Shown here one piece after another: positions 1-9,265 of a stretch of DNA of 26,333 nucleotides. Under the pieces are notes generated by a model that searched no databases, was not told where the DNA came from, and was given only the letters and a program-made list of their open reading frames with translations. A program made the position numbers and the translations under genes. The stretch is from a bacterium (GTDB lineage Bacteria; Zhuqueibacterota; Zhuqueibacteria; Zhuqueibacterales; Zhuqueibacteraceae): assembly GCA_044869275.1 (NCBI GenBank), contig JBIOXB010000001.1, forward strand, positions 1-26,333. The letters are read 5' to 3'. Numbering within the stretch: the first letter of the stretch is position 1; every line of letters starts with the position of its first letter.

Positions 1-53
1 AATGCCAGCGCCGGAATCCACTTTTTACATTTTCGAATCAGTCTGCGCCTCAT
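1..53 (-). CDS. 5' end of a probable exported protein (runs off left edge)
   Basis: Minus-strand ATG at 53 gives MRRRLIRKCKKWIPALA..., a basic N-terminus entering a hydrophobic stretch, as in a signal peptide. Same strand as the upstream kinase operon. Only 17 codons are visible. Confidence 0.4.
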   Translation of the reverse strand, partial: MRRRLIRKCKKWIPALA

Positions 54-184
54 GCCTGCGCCAAACAGCAATAAGATGACTCACCTGACCTGGCAATCTA
101 TCAAGAGATACAATAGCCGCCAATGCCTCGGGCTGCGGATTCTGTTAGCGGGTTAAGACAAACGGCGGGGACAGCGGGGCGAAT

Positions 185-1876
185 TCAAGGCACGGGCGCA
201 AGCAGGTTGACGACTTTGCGCAGGGTATCGCCTTTGGTGAGGATCAAACGCGAGCTCCGTATCCCGAGTTGCGGGTGGCGAATATCGAGTTCGTGCAAGC
301 CGGGGGTAAGGGTCAAGGGTGCGGCAAGAGGCGTGGTATCCACCGGCTTGCCGTCCATCCATATTTCGCCCCAGGGATAAACTGCGATCTCCAAGTAGGC
401 AAACTCTTTCCATAAATTGAGTGCCAGGGTGTCGGTTTCGAGAATGGCGGCCGCGATCAGTTTATTGACTTGGGGCAGGGTGGGCGAGACAAAACGCACT
501 TCGTAAACTTGATCAGCGCGCGCGGGCGTCCACCGTACGGGGGTGAGGCCGAGGGAATCATTTTCCACGAATACCCGGGCGCGTGGCTCGCTGAGCAACA
601 ACACACTGGGCGTGTGGAGTTTTTCTTTCATGACCAAATCTGAAAGCGTCGCGGCGTGATTCACGTGAGGCTCCGGCGCTGATCGCATCCGGTTTTGCGA
701 AGCTGGCGCGAGCGGGGCAATTTTTTCCGGTAAGATCTCTTTGGTGGGATGCGCTGCACGCAGCTTTGCCTTCAGCGCCAATGTTGCCACTGATTCCGAT
801 TCGATCCGGGCGCGTGGAAGCTGTATCCGGGCTGCGGGTGCGACCGGCGAATTCTTCGTTGCCTTGTTTTCAAAATTCATCAAAATAAATCCGCACACCA
901 ACAGGGCCGCGAACAACATGGGTACGAACCGGCGCTTTGCTGCGAGGGGAGCAAACCTCTCCGCGTTTAACCGCGGCGAGGATGAGGGCGGAGAGGCCGG
1001 CGCCGTGTGGGCGGAGAATTCCGTGCGCACATAGGTTTCGGGCTGATGGAGAAATTGCGCCAATTTTTGAGGCGCAAGCTTGAGTTGATATTTCTGCTCG
1101 AACCGCGTGAGCTCCGCGGTGATTTCATCGGCGTCGCGGCAACGCTGTTCCGGATTCTTGGACAGCAACTTCCGGCACAAGGTCGCGAGCTCGCCAGGAA
1201 TCTCCGGCCGCAGTTTTTCCGGCGGCAGCGGCTCCAGGTTGGCGATGCGATGCAAAATGGCCGGCGTGGTGTGGTCGGCAAATGGCGGCGACGCGGTCAA
1301 CATCTCATACAGCACCGCGCCCAGCGAGAACAGATCGCTGCGCGCGGAAGGGCTGTGCCCGAGGATCAATTCCGGAGAGAAATAAGCGGGAGTGCCGGCC
1401 AAATTCGCGCCGACCTCGCTGCAATCGACTGCCAGGCCAAAATCGCCAAGCTTGACTTCGCCATTTTGTGAAATGAAAATGTTTTGCGGCTTGACGTCGC
1501 GGTGCAACAGCCCGTAGCGATGAATGGCGGCCAGTGCTTTCGCCACTTCCTTTGCGATCCACGCGCACAGCTCGATCGGCAGATGCGGCGTGATCAATTC
1601 CGCGAGCGTGGGGCCTTCGACATATTCCAGCACCAAAAACGCACGGTCCGCTGCCCGGCCGGAATCATAAACCGCGCGCAAATTGGGGTGTGACAAGTAC
1701 AGGCGCAAGTCGCTTTCCACGCCCAGCTGCGCTTGCACGGCAGCAGGCGCATCCGCGTGCAGCAGCATCTTCACCAGCACGGTGCGCTGCCGGCGGGCTT
1801 CGAAAGCTTTGTAAATCGCGACCCAAGGGCCGCGCTTGAGCTCGGCAAAGATCTCGTAACCTTCAAGGTTGACCAT
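185..1876 (-). CDS. Membrane-anchored Hanks-type Ser/Thr protein kinase with C-terminal PEGA-like domains
   Basis: Motifs VLVK, HRDVKPQN, DFG, GTPAYFSPE and DLFSLG. TM segment FVPMLFAALLVCGFILM. C-terminal SEPRARVFVENDSLGLTP and YPWGEIWMDGKPVDTTP resemble PEGA repeats. Confidence 0.93.
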   Translation of the reverse strand: MVNLEGYEIFAELKRGPWVAIYKAFEARRQRTVLVKMLLHADAPAAVQAQLGVESDLRLYLSHPNLRAVYDSGRAADRAFLVLEYVEGPTLAELITPHLPIELCAWIAKEVAKALAAIHRYGLLHRDVKPQNIFISQNGEVKLGDFGLAVDCSEVGANLAGTPAYFSPELILGHSPSARSDLFSLGAVLYEMLTASPPFADHTTPAILHRIANLEPLPPEKLRPEIPGELATLCRKLLSKNPEQRCRDADEITAELTRFEQKYQLKLAPQKLAQFLHQPETYVRTEFSAHTAPASPPSSSPRLNAERFAPLAAKRRFVPMLFAALLVCGFILMNFENKATKNSPVAPAARIQLPRARIESESVATLALKAKLRAAHPTKEILPEKIAPLAPASQNRMRSAPEPHVNHAATLSDLVMKEKLHTPSVLLLSEPRARVFVENDSLGLTPVRWTPARADQVYEVRFVSPTLPQVNKLIAAAILETDTLALNLWKEFAYLEIAVYPWGEIWMDGKPVDTTPLAAPLTLTPGLHELDIRHPQLGIRSSRLILTKGDTLRKVVNLLAPVP

Positions 1877-3365
1877 TTTGCCATTGCTTCAATTTATAGT
1901 GAATCCAGCGCCGCGAAACGCCGAGGCGCTCGGCGGCCTGCGAAATATTGAACTCCACTTCCTCCAAGGTCTTTTTCACCAGCCGGCGCTCCATCTCGCG
2001 CAGCGTCAAGTTTGCCGCAAGCGGCAATTCTTGCTGGGCCTCCATGAGCCGCAAATCCGCCGCGGCGATGTAACTATCTTTCGCCAGCACCACGGCTCGT
2101 TCGATGGTGTTTTCCAATTCTCGCACATTGCCGGGCCACGAGTTGCCGGTGATTTGATCCAGGGCTTCGGCGGTGAATCCGGCAATTTCTTTGCGGTTCT
2201 TGGCCGCATATTTTCCGAGAAAATGTTGCGCCAGCAGCGGTATGTCCTTCACGCGGTCGCGCAACGGCGGCAGGGAAATGTTGATCACGTTCAAGCGATA
2301 AAACAAATCTTCACGAAATTTTCCCTGTCTGATCCATTCCGGCAAATGGCGATGGGTGGCCGCAATCACGCGCACGTCGACGCGGCGCACGTGCGTTTCA
2401 CCCACGCGCTTGACCTCGCCTTCTTGCAGCACGCGCAGCAACTGCGTTTGCAAATTCGGCGAAAGATCGCCGATTTCGTCGAGAAAAAAAGTGCCGCCAT
2501 GCGCGGCCTCGAATAGGCCTTTCTTGTCGGCGATGGCGCCGGTGAATGCGCCCTTCTTATGGCCGAACAATTCGCTCTCCAGCAGCGTCTCCGGCAGCGC
2601 GCCGCAGAACAACGCGATGAACGGCCGCTCCCGGCGTGCGCCGTGGTAATGCAGTGCACGCGCAATCAATTCCTTGCCCGTGCCGCTTTCGCCCTGAATG
2701 AGAACCGTGGCGTCGGAATCCAGCACGCTGTTGACCGTGTCGAACACGGCTTTCATCTTCGGGCTCTGGCCGATGATCTCGCTGAATCCGCTGGCCGCGC
2801 GCGCTTGCTGGCGCAAGTGGCGGTTTTCCTCACGCAGCGCCTCGTACAATTGCGCGTTTTCGATGGCGATCGCGGCTTGATGCGCGAACGCGGTGAGAAA
2901 AGGAATGCTGGATTCGGTGAACCCGCTGCGCTGCACGATGCTATCGAGATAAATCGCGCCGATGGTTTTTTGCTTGATCGCCAGCGGCACGCACGCCACG
3001 GATTGAATGCGGTTCAGGATGATGCTTTCGGATTCGCGCAACTGCTCGTCGATTTGCGCATCGTAGGCGATGAGGGATTCGCCCTCGCGCAACACGCGCT
3101 GCACCACGCTGTTGGAGATTTGGGCGATATCGCGGATATTTTCCGCCGAAATATTGCGCGCAATGCGCGGCTGCCATTCGCCCTGTTCGTTGAGGAGCAG
3201 AATGAATCCGCGTTCCGCACCCAGGGTCTCCACGGCAATGTCCATGATCTTTTCCAAAAGCGGATCCAACTCGCGCGTGGTGTTGATGATCGCGCTGATG
3301 CGCGTGAGCGCGTGCAGCGCGGCGGCAACGCCTTGGTGCGTAAGGGCGGAAGCTTTCATGGTCAT
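1863..3365 (-). CDS. Sigma-54-dependent enhancer-binding protein (GAF - AAA+ - Fis-type HTH)
   Basis: N-terminal GAF (FAHQAAIAIENAQLY), Walker A GESGTGKE, ESELFGH, GAFTGA, FLDEIG, FREDLFYRLNV, WPGNVRELEN, C-terminal NISQAAERLGVSR HTH. Confidence 0.96.
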   Translation of the reverse strand: MTMKASALTHQGVAAALHALTRISAIINTTRELDPLLEKIMDIAVETLGAERGFILLLNEQGEWQPRIARNISAENIRDIAQISNSVVQRVLREGESLIAYDAQIDEQLRESESIILNRIQSVACVPLAIKQKTIGAIYLDSIVQRSGFTESSIPFLTAFAHQAAIAIENAQLYEALREENRHLRQQARAASGFSEIIGQSPKMKAVFDTVNSVLDSDATVLIQGESGTGKELIARALHYHGARRERPFIALFCGALPETLLESELFGHKKGAFTGAIADKKGLFEAAHGGTFFLDEIGDLSPNLQTQLLRVLQEGEVKRVGETHVRRVDVRVIAATHRHLPEWIRQGKFREDLFYRLNVINISLPPLRDRVKDIPLLAQHFLGKYAAKNRKEIAGFTAEALDQITGNSWPGNVRELENTIERAVVLAKDSYIAAADLRLMEAQQELPLAANLTLREMERRLVKKTLEEVEFNISQAAERLGVSRRWIHYKLKQWQNGQP

Positions 3366-4348
3366 GGCACCACAAACGCCGCCGGCGTGGAAGTGCTGGT
3401 GTTGCCGAATTCATCCGTCACGCTGACGGTCCAGCGATATTCGCCTGGGGCCAAAACCTTGTCCACGCGCACGGCCGCGACCGTACTTTCGAGACCGCTC
3501 TTTTCCCAAGCCAGGGCCGGAATACCGGCGACGATTCTTTCCACCCGTATGCCGTGGGTGAATGGGAACACGGCGCTGAAGAGTTTCCATTTCAGCAACG
3601 GTTTCGTCGAATCGGCGGCCGCGCGATCTTTGGGCGAGAGGATTTCCGGCTCTTGATCGATAATGCGAAAAAGAATTAGTTTTTTCGGCTCAGGCTGCTT
3701 GCCCAAACGATCCACCGCCGTGAACAGGATCTCACGCCCCAAAATGCTGTGCAAGCGGCCGTTCGCCAGCTCCGTCCCGAACAGCTTGAAATCATAAACA
3801 CCGGCTTGCGAAGTTTCGCGCAGAGAGTCGGTCCTGTCGATGCTGGGAATCTGCAGGAGGACGCGCGCAATGTCCGCCGGACCGTCGGGGTCATCGGCCT
3901 GCACTTCGAACAGCGCATAATCCACCTCGTCTTCCGGCCGCAAATTGCCGACATGAAAAGTCCGGCCGGTCACGCGCCGCACCTGCGGCAAAGCGTCCAG
4001 CAGGAAATTGACGCGCCCCGGACTCTCCTGCTGAATGATCACGCGTGTGGAATCGCCGGCATAATTCTTATGGCGGGCATAAAGCAGATATTCACCGACC
4101 GGCGCATTGCGAATAACGAAGAGGCCGGCGGTATCGGAGATGGTGGTGAGATTGCTGGGCCAAAGCTCCAACATCACCCCGCGCACCGGCCGATAAGGCT
4201 GATAAAAGGTCGTGACCTGCCCGCGCAAGGAACCCGTGCTCACGAATAATTCGGAGCCGGGGTCGAGCGGATTTTCGTGCGGCACATCGTTGAAACAAGA
4301 CCACCAAAAAGTGGCAGCGCAGGCTGTCAATAATTTCACTTTGAGCAT
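3362..4348 (-). CDS. Putative lipoprotein with carboxypeptidase-regulatory-like and Ig-like beta domains
   Basis: Signal peptide ending in Cys (FWWSC), then PHENPLDP. TGSLRGQV...TISDTAGLFVIRNAPVGEYLLYA is typical of the carboxypeptidase-regulatory-like fold. C-terminal GEYRWTVSVTD. 4-nt overlap with the next gene. Confidence 0.75.
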   Translation of the reverse strand: MLKVKLLTACAATFWWSCFNDVPHENPLDPGSELFVSTGSLRGQVTTFYQPYRPVRGVMLELWPSNLTTISDTAGLFVIRNAPVGEYLLYARHKNYAGDSTRVIIQQESPGRVNFLLDALPQVRRVTGRTFHVGNLRPEDEVDYALFEVQADDPDGPADIARVLLQIPSIDRTDSLRETSQAGVYDFKLFGTELANGRLHSILGREILFTAVDRLGKQPEPKKLILFRIIDQEPEILSPKDRAAADSTKPLLKWKLFSAVFPFTHGIRVERIVAGIPALAWEKSGLESTVAAVRVDKVLAPGEYRWTVSVTDEFGNTSTSTPAAFVVP

Positions 4349-4535
4349 ATTATCGCCGGGAGAATATTCACCTTAGTCCGATATCTACCGGCAGAGGCGC
4401 TGAACTGAAGAAGATTTGCGGGCACGGAGAAATTCTGAATCGTGCCCTCTGCGCTTTTCTTCCCGCCGTGCGAGCGTTCCCGAGTCCCGCAAAGCCTGCA
4501 GCTCAAGATACTGCGCGAGCGCCAGGATTTTTCCC

Positions 4536-4564
4536 TTGACTATTTAGGCCCTTTGTTTTATACT
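4536..4564 (+). promoter_or_regulatory. Sigma-70-type promoter for the acyl-CoA ligase operon
   Basis: TTGACT (4536-4541) - 17 nt - TATACT (4559-4564), immediately followed by palindrome TGCGAC-TT-GTCGCA (4568-4581). Confidence 0.7.
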
Positions 4565-4827
4565 CACTGCGACTTGTCGCACGGTTAAAGGCATTTCATT
4601 CTCACCAATTCCAGTTTTGAAACGTTCAAACAATCGCGGGAGTAGCGCATAGCTTGGCGAAGACTTGAATCGAAGCTGCTTGCCCACGGGTTTCTGATGG
4701 TCCGAATTGCCGGCCTTCGAAGCGGGCGCATGCCACGAGCAAGCGAAGCCCCGAACCATGATCATGTCTCTCGTTCTCCCACCTCAATTTCCTTGATTAA
4801 CGAATCCCATTTCCGCTGCGCATACCT

Positions 4828-6414
4828 ATGGTGGCACGTTCGATAGTGGATCTGCTGGATGCTTCCACGGCAAGATTTGAAAATGCGGATGCTTTCGTTT
4901 ATGGCGATACGCGGCTGACGTATGCGTATTTCTCAAACATCGTGAGCCGCCTGGCTGCCGGGTTGTCGCGCATCGGAGTGAAGCCCGGGCATCGCGTGGC
5001 GCTGATGATGCCCAATTTGCCGCAATTCCCGATCGCCTATTATGCCCTGCTTTCTTTGGGCGCGGTCGTGATTCCCGTCAATATCCTGTTGCGCGAAGCC
5101 GAGCTCGAATATGTCCTCCGCGATGCGCACATTCAAGGCGTGATCACATGGGAAGGCTTTGGCCGCCATCTTTTGCCGGTCGCCCGCAAAGTTGAATCGT
5201 GCCAGACCTTCATTCTGCTCGGCCATCTTACCGCCGCGTTGAGTGAATACGTGAAGCCGTATGTGCTGCTCGATCTGACCAAATTGATTGCCGAATCTTC
5301 GCCGCATCCGGCGCGCCCCGCCTTGGCGGGAGAAGAACCGGCCGCGATTTTTTATACCGCCGGTATCAACGCTCCCCCGCGCGGCGCGGTGTACACGCAT
5401 GCGGGCCTGGCCGCCGCGGTGTTGTCCTGCTGGGAAGCTTTTGCGGTCCATCACGGACATCGTTTTGCCGCGGCCCTGCCTTTGTTTCACGGCTTGGGAC
5501 AGATGTTGACCATGAACTTGTCGCTGGCGGCAGGAGCGTGTTGTGTGCTCATGCCGCGCCTCAATGCCACGGAGGTGATCGCGACGCTCGCACGCGAGCG
5601 CGTGACGCATTTCGCCGCCGTGCCCGCGATGCTGCGCTTGTTGCTCGAAGGCCTCGCCTACGACGGCACGCCGCACGTGCCGGAATCCTCCGCGCCGGCG
5701 CATGGCCAGGATCTGACCTCGTTGCAAGCTTTTTTCGTCAGCGGGGCACCCCTGGAACAAGCGCTGCGCGAACAAATGCGGAACTTCTTCAACAAGCCGG
5801 TCTATGAAGGTTATGGCATTGCCGAATGCAGCCCGTTGATTACCTGCAACCGGCCCGACATCACCATCAAACCCGTTTCCGTCGGCAAGCAATTGCCGGG
5901 GCTTGAAGTCACGATCATGGATCAGAACGGCAACGAGTTGCCGCCCGGCGAATGCGGTGAAATCGTGGTGCGCGGAAACGCCATCATGAGTCATTATCAC
6001 GATCGCCCGCAAGACACGCAGGCGGCGCTGCGCGAAGGCTGGCTGTACACCGGGGATGTCGGCTGGCTGGATGCCAGCGGCTATCTCTATCTCGTCGATC
6101 GCAAAAACGACGTGATTATGAAGGGTGGCTTTCCGGTTTTCTCGCAAGAAGTGGAGCGCTGTCTGGCATTGCATCCGGCGATCAGTTCGTGTGCCGCGAT
6201 TGGCATTGCCGATCGTGTGCTCGGGGAAGAAGTCAAAGTATTCATCGTGTTGCGGCCGCACTGCACCGTATCCAAAGAAGAACTGTATGGATTCTGCGCA
6301 GCGCGCTTGCCGAAATACAAATGCCCGCGCACTTTCGAATTTTGCCCGGAATTGCCGCACGGCCCAACCGGTAAAATCTTGAAGCGCGTGCTGCGGGAAA
6401 AGAGCGCAAGCTAA
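4828..6414 (+). CDS. Long-chain acyl-CoA ligase / AMP-binding enzyme (FadD/LcfB-like)
   Basis: Adenylate-forming motifs PLFH, EGYGIAE, GEIVVRG, GWLYTGD, DRKNDVI, GKILKR. The P-loop signature is degenerate (YTAGINAPPRG). Confidence 0.9.
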   Translation: MVARSIVDLLDASTARFENADAFVYGDTRLTYAYFSNIVSRLAAGLSRIGVKPGHRVALMMPNLPQFPIAYYALLSLGAVVIPVNILLREAELEYVLRDAHIQGVITWEGFGRHLLPVARKVESCQTFILLGHLTAALSEYVKPYVLLDLTKLIAESSPHPARPALAGEEPAAIFYTAGINAPPRGAVYTHAGLAAAVLSCWEAFAVHHGHRFAAALPLFHGLGQMLTMNLSLAAGACCVLMPRLNATEVIATLARERVTHFAAVPAMLRLLLEGLAYDGTPHVPESSAPAHGQDLTSLQAFFVSGAPLEQALREQMRNFFNKPVYEGYGIAECSPLITCNRPDITIKPVSVGKQLPGLEVTIMDQNGNELPPGECGEIVVRGNAIMSHYHDRPQDTQAALREGWLYTGDVGWLDASGYLYLVDRKNDVIMKGGFPVFSQEVERCLALHPAISSCAAIGIADRVLGEEVKVFIVLRPHCTVSKEELYGFCAARLPKYKCPRTFEFCPELPHGPTGKILKRVLREKSAS

Positions 6415-6485
6415 GCCAGCAATCGTTTTGCCCTCATTCGCCATGAGATCAAACCAGCTACCAAAAAACATTCGGGAGGTTTGAG

Positions 6486-8618
6486 GTGAAGGAATATAGC
6501 ACGGATCATCTGCGCAATATCGGCCTGGCTTCGCACGCCACTTCCGGCAAAACCACGCTGGCGGAAGCCATGCTGTTTGTTTCCGGGGAAACGCAACGCA
6601 TGGGCTCCGTTGACAACGGCAGCACCGTTTCCGATTATCACCACGATGAGATCGAGCGCAAAAACTCGATCTTCGCTTCGATCTTGCACTGCGGCTGGAA
6701 GGATCATAAAATCAATCTCGTCGACATGCCGGGCTATTCCGATTTCATCGGTGAGGTGCGCGGCGGCATGCGCGCCGTTGATATTGCACTCTTGGTGCTC
6801 AATGCGCAGCAGGGGGTCGAGCTCGGCGCGGAAACCGCCTGGCGACTCGCGGAAGAGTATGATTTACCCCGCCTCTTTTTTGTAAACCGGCTGGACAAAG
6901 AAAATGTCAACTTTGACCGCGTGCTCAACAGTGCGCGCGATACCTTCGGCAACCGCGTCGTGCCCGTGGTTTTGCCGCTGAATGCAACGGAATACGTCGA
7001 TTTGCTGCAAATGAAATTGTTCAGCTATCAAGCCTCAGGCAAATTCGCCGTCAAAGAGATTCCCGCCTCTGCGCAAGAAAAAGTGGGAAAACTGCGCGAG
7101 CAAATTATGGAAGCCGCGGCCGAAGCCGACGACCAGTTGATGGAAAAATTCTTTGAAGCGGGCGAGCTTTCGGCGGAGGAGTTGAAACAAGGCTTGCGCG
7201 CCGGCATTGCCAAGCGCATGCTCTTTCCCATGCTGGCGGGGGTGGCCACCCAAGCCGCGGGCGTTTCGGGCTTGCTGGATTTCATTGTGGAATATTGTCC
7301 GGCGCCGAATTTCCGCGGCGAGATCGCGGGGCAAGCGGAAGGCGCAGCGCCGCCCCCCAAACGCAAAATCACGGACGACGCGCCTTTCACCGCGCTGGTG
7401 TTCAAAACTCTTTCCGAGGCGCATTTGGGCGAAATGTCCTTCTTTCGCGTGTTCGCCGGCAAAGCCGCGCCCAACACGGAGATTTTCAACGCGACACGCC
7501 AGGCTTCGGAAAAGATTGGGCAGATTTACAGCATGAACGGCAAGACGCGCGCGGAAATCGCACCGGTGCACGCCGGTGATATCGTTTCCGTGGTGAAATT
7601 GCGCGGCACGCATACCGGGGACACGCTGTGCGACAAAAAGGACCCCATGCTGCTGCCCCGCATCGTTTTCCCGGATCCGCTGATGACCATCGCCATCGAG
7701 CCGAAAACCAAGGGCGATGAAGACAAGATGTCCACGGGCTTGCATGCGCTGCACGAGGAAGATCCCGCATTCAGCGTGCGCATCGATCCGGAATTGCATC
7801 AAGTGCTGTTGCGCGGGCAAAGCGAATTGCATCTGGGCATGATCGTCAAGCGCTTGAAGGAAAAATATGGCGTCGAGGTGAATATGCTCGAAGCCAAAAT
7901 TCCGTATCGTGAGACCATTCGCGCCCATGCCAAGGAATTTTACCGCCACAAAAAACAAACCGGCGGCGCCGGCCAGTTCGGCGAGGTGCACTTTTATATG
8001 GAAACCTATCGTGCGGGCGCGCCCTATCCCGATGAGTTTACCATCCGAGGATCGGAAATCACGGATTTGCCCTGGGGCGGCAAAATGGAATTCGTGAGCG
8101 CCATCGTGGGCGGTGCGGTGGACGCACGCTTCGTCCCCGCGGTGAAAAAAGGCATTATGGAAATCATGGCAAGCGGGGTGATTGCCGGCTACCCGGTAAC
8201 CGATGTCAGAATTATTTTCCACGACGGTAAAATGCATCCGGTGGATTCCAACGAAAACGCCTTCAGAACCGCGGGCCGCATGTGCTTCCGCGAATGTTTT
8301 CGCGCGGCCAAGCCCGTGATTCTCGAGCCCTTCGTCGAAGTGGAAGTCATGGTGCCGGACGAATACATGGGCGACGTGATGGGCGATTTTTCCGGGCATC
8401 GCGGCAAGATTTTGGGCATGGAGGGCCGCGGCAAGAATCAAGTGATCCGCGCTCTGGTGCCGGAAAAGGAAATGGCGAAATATTCCACCAAGCTGCGCTC
8501 GATGACCCAAGGCCGCGGCGTGTATCGCATGAAGTTCGCGCACTACGAAGAAGTACCGCGCGACCAGGCCGACAAGCTGATCAAGGAATACGACGACGCG
8601 AAGGCACAGGGCAGTTGA
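6486..8618 (+). CDS. fusA2: Elongation factor G paralog (EF-G2 type)
   Basis: SD GGAGG upstream of GTG. G1 SHATSGKTT, G3 DMPG, G4 NRLD, plus YRETI, HKKQTGGAGQFG, HPVDS, LEP and LRSMTQGRG. Divergent G motifs and a domain IV insertion ending LPWGGK. Not in a str operon. Confidence 0.93.
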   Translation: MKEYSTDHLRNIGLASHATSGKTTLAEAMLFVSGETQRMGSVDNGSTVSDYHHDEIERKNSIFASILHCGWKDHKINLVDMPGYSDFIGEVRGGMRAVDIALLVLNAQQGVELGAETAWRLAEEYDLPRLFFVNRLDKENVNFDRVLNSARDTFGNRVVPVVLPLNATEYVDLLQMKLFSYQASGKFAVKEIPASAQEKVGKLREQIMEAAAEADDQLMEKFFEAGELSAEELKQGLRAGIAKRMLFPMLAGVATQAAGVSGLLDFIVEYCPAPNFRGEIAGQAEGAAPPPKRKITDDAPFTALVFKTLSEAHLGEMSFFRVFAGKAAPNTEIFNATRQASEKIGQIYSMNGKTRAEIAPVHAGDIVSVVKLRGTHTGDTLCDKKDPMLLPRIVFPDPLMTIAIEPKTKGDEDKMSTGLHALHEEDPAFSVRIDPELHQVLLRGQSELHLGMIVKRLKEKYGVEVNMLEAKIPYRETIRAHAKEFYRHKKQTGGAGQFGEVHFYMETYRAGAPYPDEFTIRGSEITDLPWGGKMEFVSAIVGGAVDARFVPAVKKGIMEIMASGVIAGYPVTDVRIIFHDGKMHPVDSNENAFRTAGRMCFRECFRAAKPVILEPFVEVEVMVPDEYMGDVMGDFSGHRGKILGMEGRGKNQVIRALVPEKEMAKYSTKLRSMTQGRGVYRMKFAHYEEVPRDQADKLIKEYDDAKAQGS

Positions 8619-8627
8619 GCCCAACGT

Positions 8628-8734
8628 GGATTGAGGGATTTCTGGTTAATTGGATTGCTGGATTATTGGATTGCTGGAAAAATCTTATGTCTCCAATCAA
8701 CCATCGATCCAGGAATCCAACAATCCATCAATCC
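8628..8734. repeat. Inverted pair of degenerate 8-mer tandem arrays
   Basis: GGATTGAG GGATTTCT GGTTAATT GGATTGCT GGATTATT GGATTGCT, followed by complementary CCAATCAA CCATCGAT CCAGGAAT CCAACAAT CCATCAAT. Confidence 0.85.
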
Positions 8735-8748
8735 CATACTTCAATTTT

Positions 8749-9246
8749 ATGGACGACCGGAAAACCGACATCTTGTGGGCGCCGTGGCGCATGGAGTACA
8801 TCCTCGGCCCCAAGGAAAAAGGCTGTATCTTTTGCGACAAACCCAAGCAGGCGCAGGATCGCGAGAACTTGATCGTGCATCGTGGCAAGCTGGCGTTTGT
8901 GATCATGAATAAATATCCCTACAATAACGGGCATTTGCTGATCGTGCCTTATCGCCATGTCGCCGAGTTGGACGGTCTCCTGCCGGAGGAGAATCTGGAA
9001 TTGATGGCGCTATTGCAAAAATCCGCGACCGCGCTGAAAGGCACGTGTGCGCCGCAAGGCTTCAATATCGGCATGAACGTCGGTGCGGTGGCCGGCGCAG
9101 GCATTGATTCGCATTTGCATTTTCATATTGTGCCGCGCTGGAACGCGGACACGAATTTCATGCCGGTGACCGCCCACATGAAAGTCATCTCAGAAGGCCT
9201 GTGGGAAACCTGGGCAAATTTGCGCGAAAAATTTCAGGCGCTGTAG
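8749..9246 (+). CDS. HIT-family nucleotide hydrolase / Ap4A phosphorylase-like
   Basis: LWAPWR, CIFC, NKYPYNNGH, GFNIGMN and histidine triad HLHFH. Start set at ATG 8749 because the longer ORF begins inside the repeat. Confidence 0.92.
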   Translation: MDDRKTDILWAPWRMEYILGPKEKGCIFCDKPKQAQDRENLIVHRGKLAFVIMNKYPYNNGHLLIVPYRHVAELDGLLPEENLELMALLQKSATALKGTCAPQGFNIGMNVGAVAGAGIDSHLHFHIVPRWNADTNFMPVTAHMKVISEGLWETWANLREKFQAL

Positions 9247-9265
9247 TTGGCATCTTCGCTCTAAA

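Noticed and set aside
54..184. Canonical sigma-54 promoter for the left-edge gene
   Set aside because: TGGC-containing segments on the minus strand do not give GG-N10-GC spacing.
2559..3656. 365-aa plus-strand ORF
   Set aside because: Antisense to the sigma-54 activator and lipoprotein genes, which have clear motifs.
4638..4666. yybP-ykoY-like riboswitch (GGGAGTAGC ... GGCGAAGAC)
   Set aside because: The segments are too close together, the intervening conserved core is absent, and the downstream gene is not metal-related.
4933..6471. 512-aa minus-strand ORF
   Set aside because: Antisense shadow of the acyl-CoA ligase in GC-rich coding DNA; no motifs.
7035..8624. 529-aa minus-strand ORF
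   Set aside because: Antisense shadow of the EF-G paralog; no motifs.
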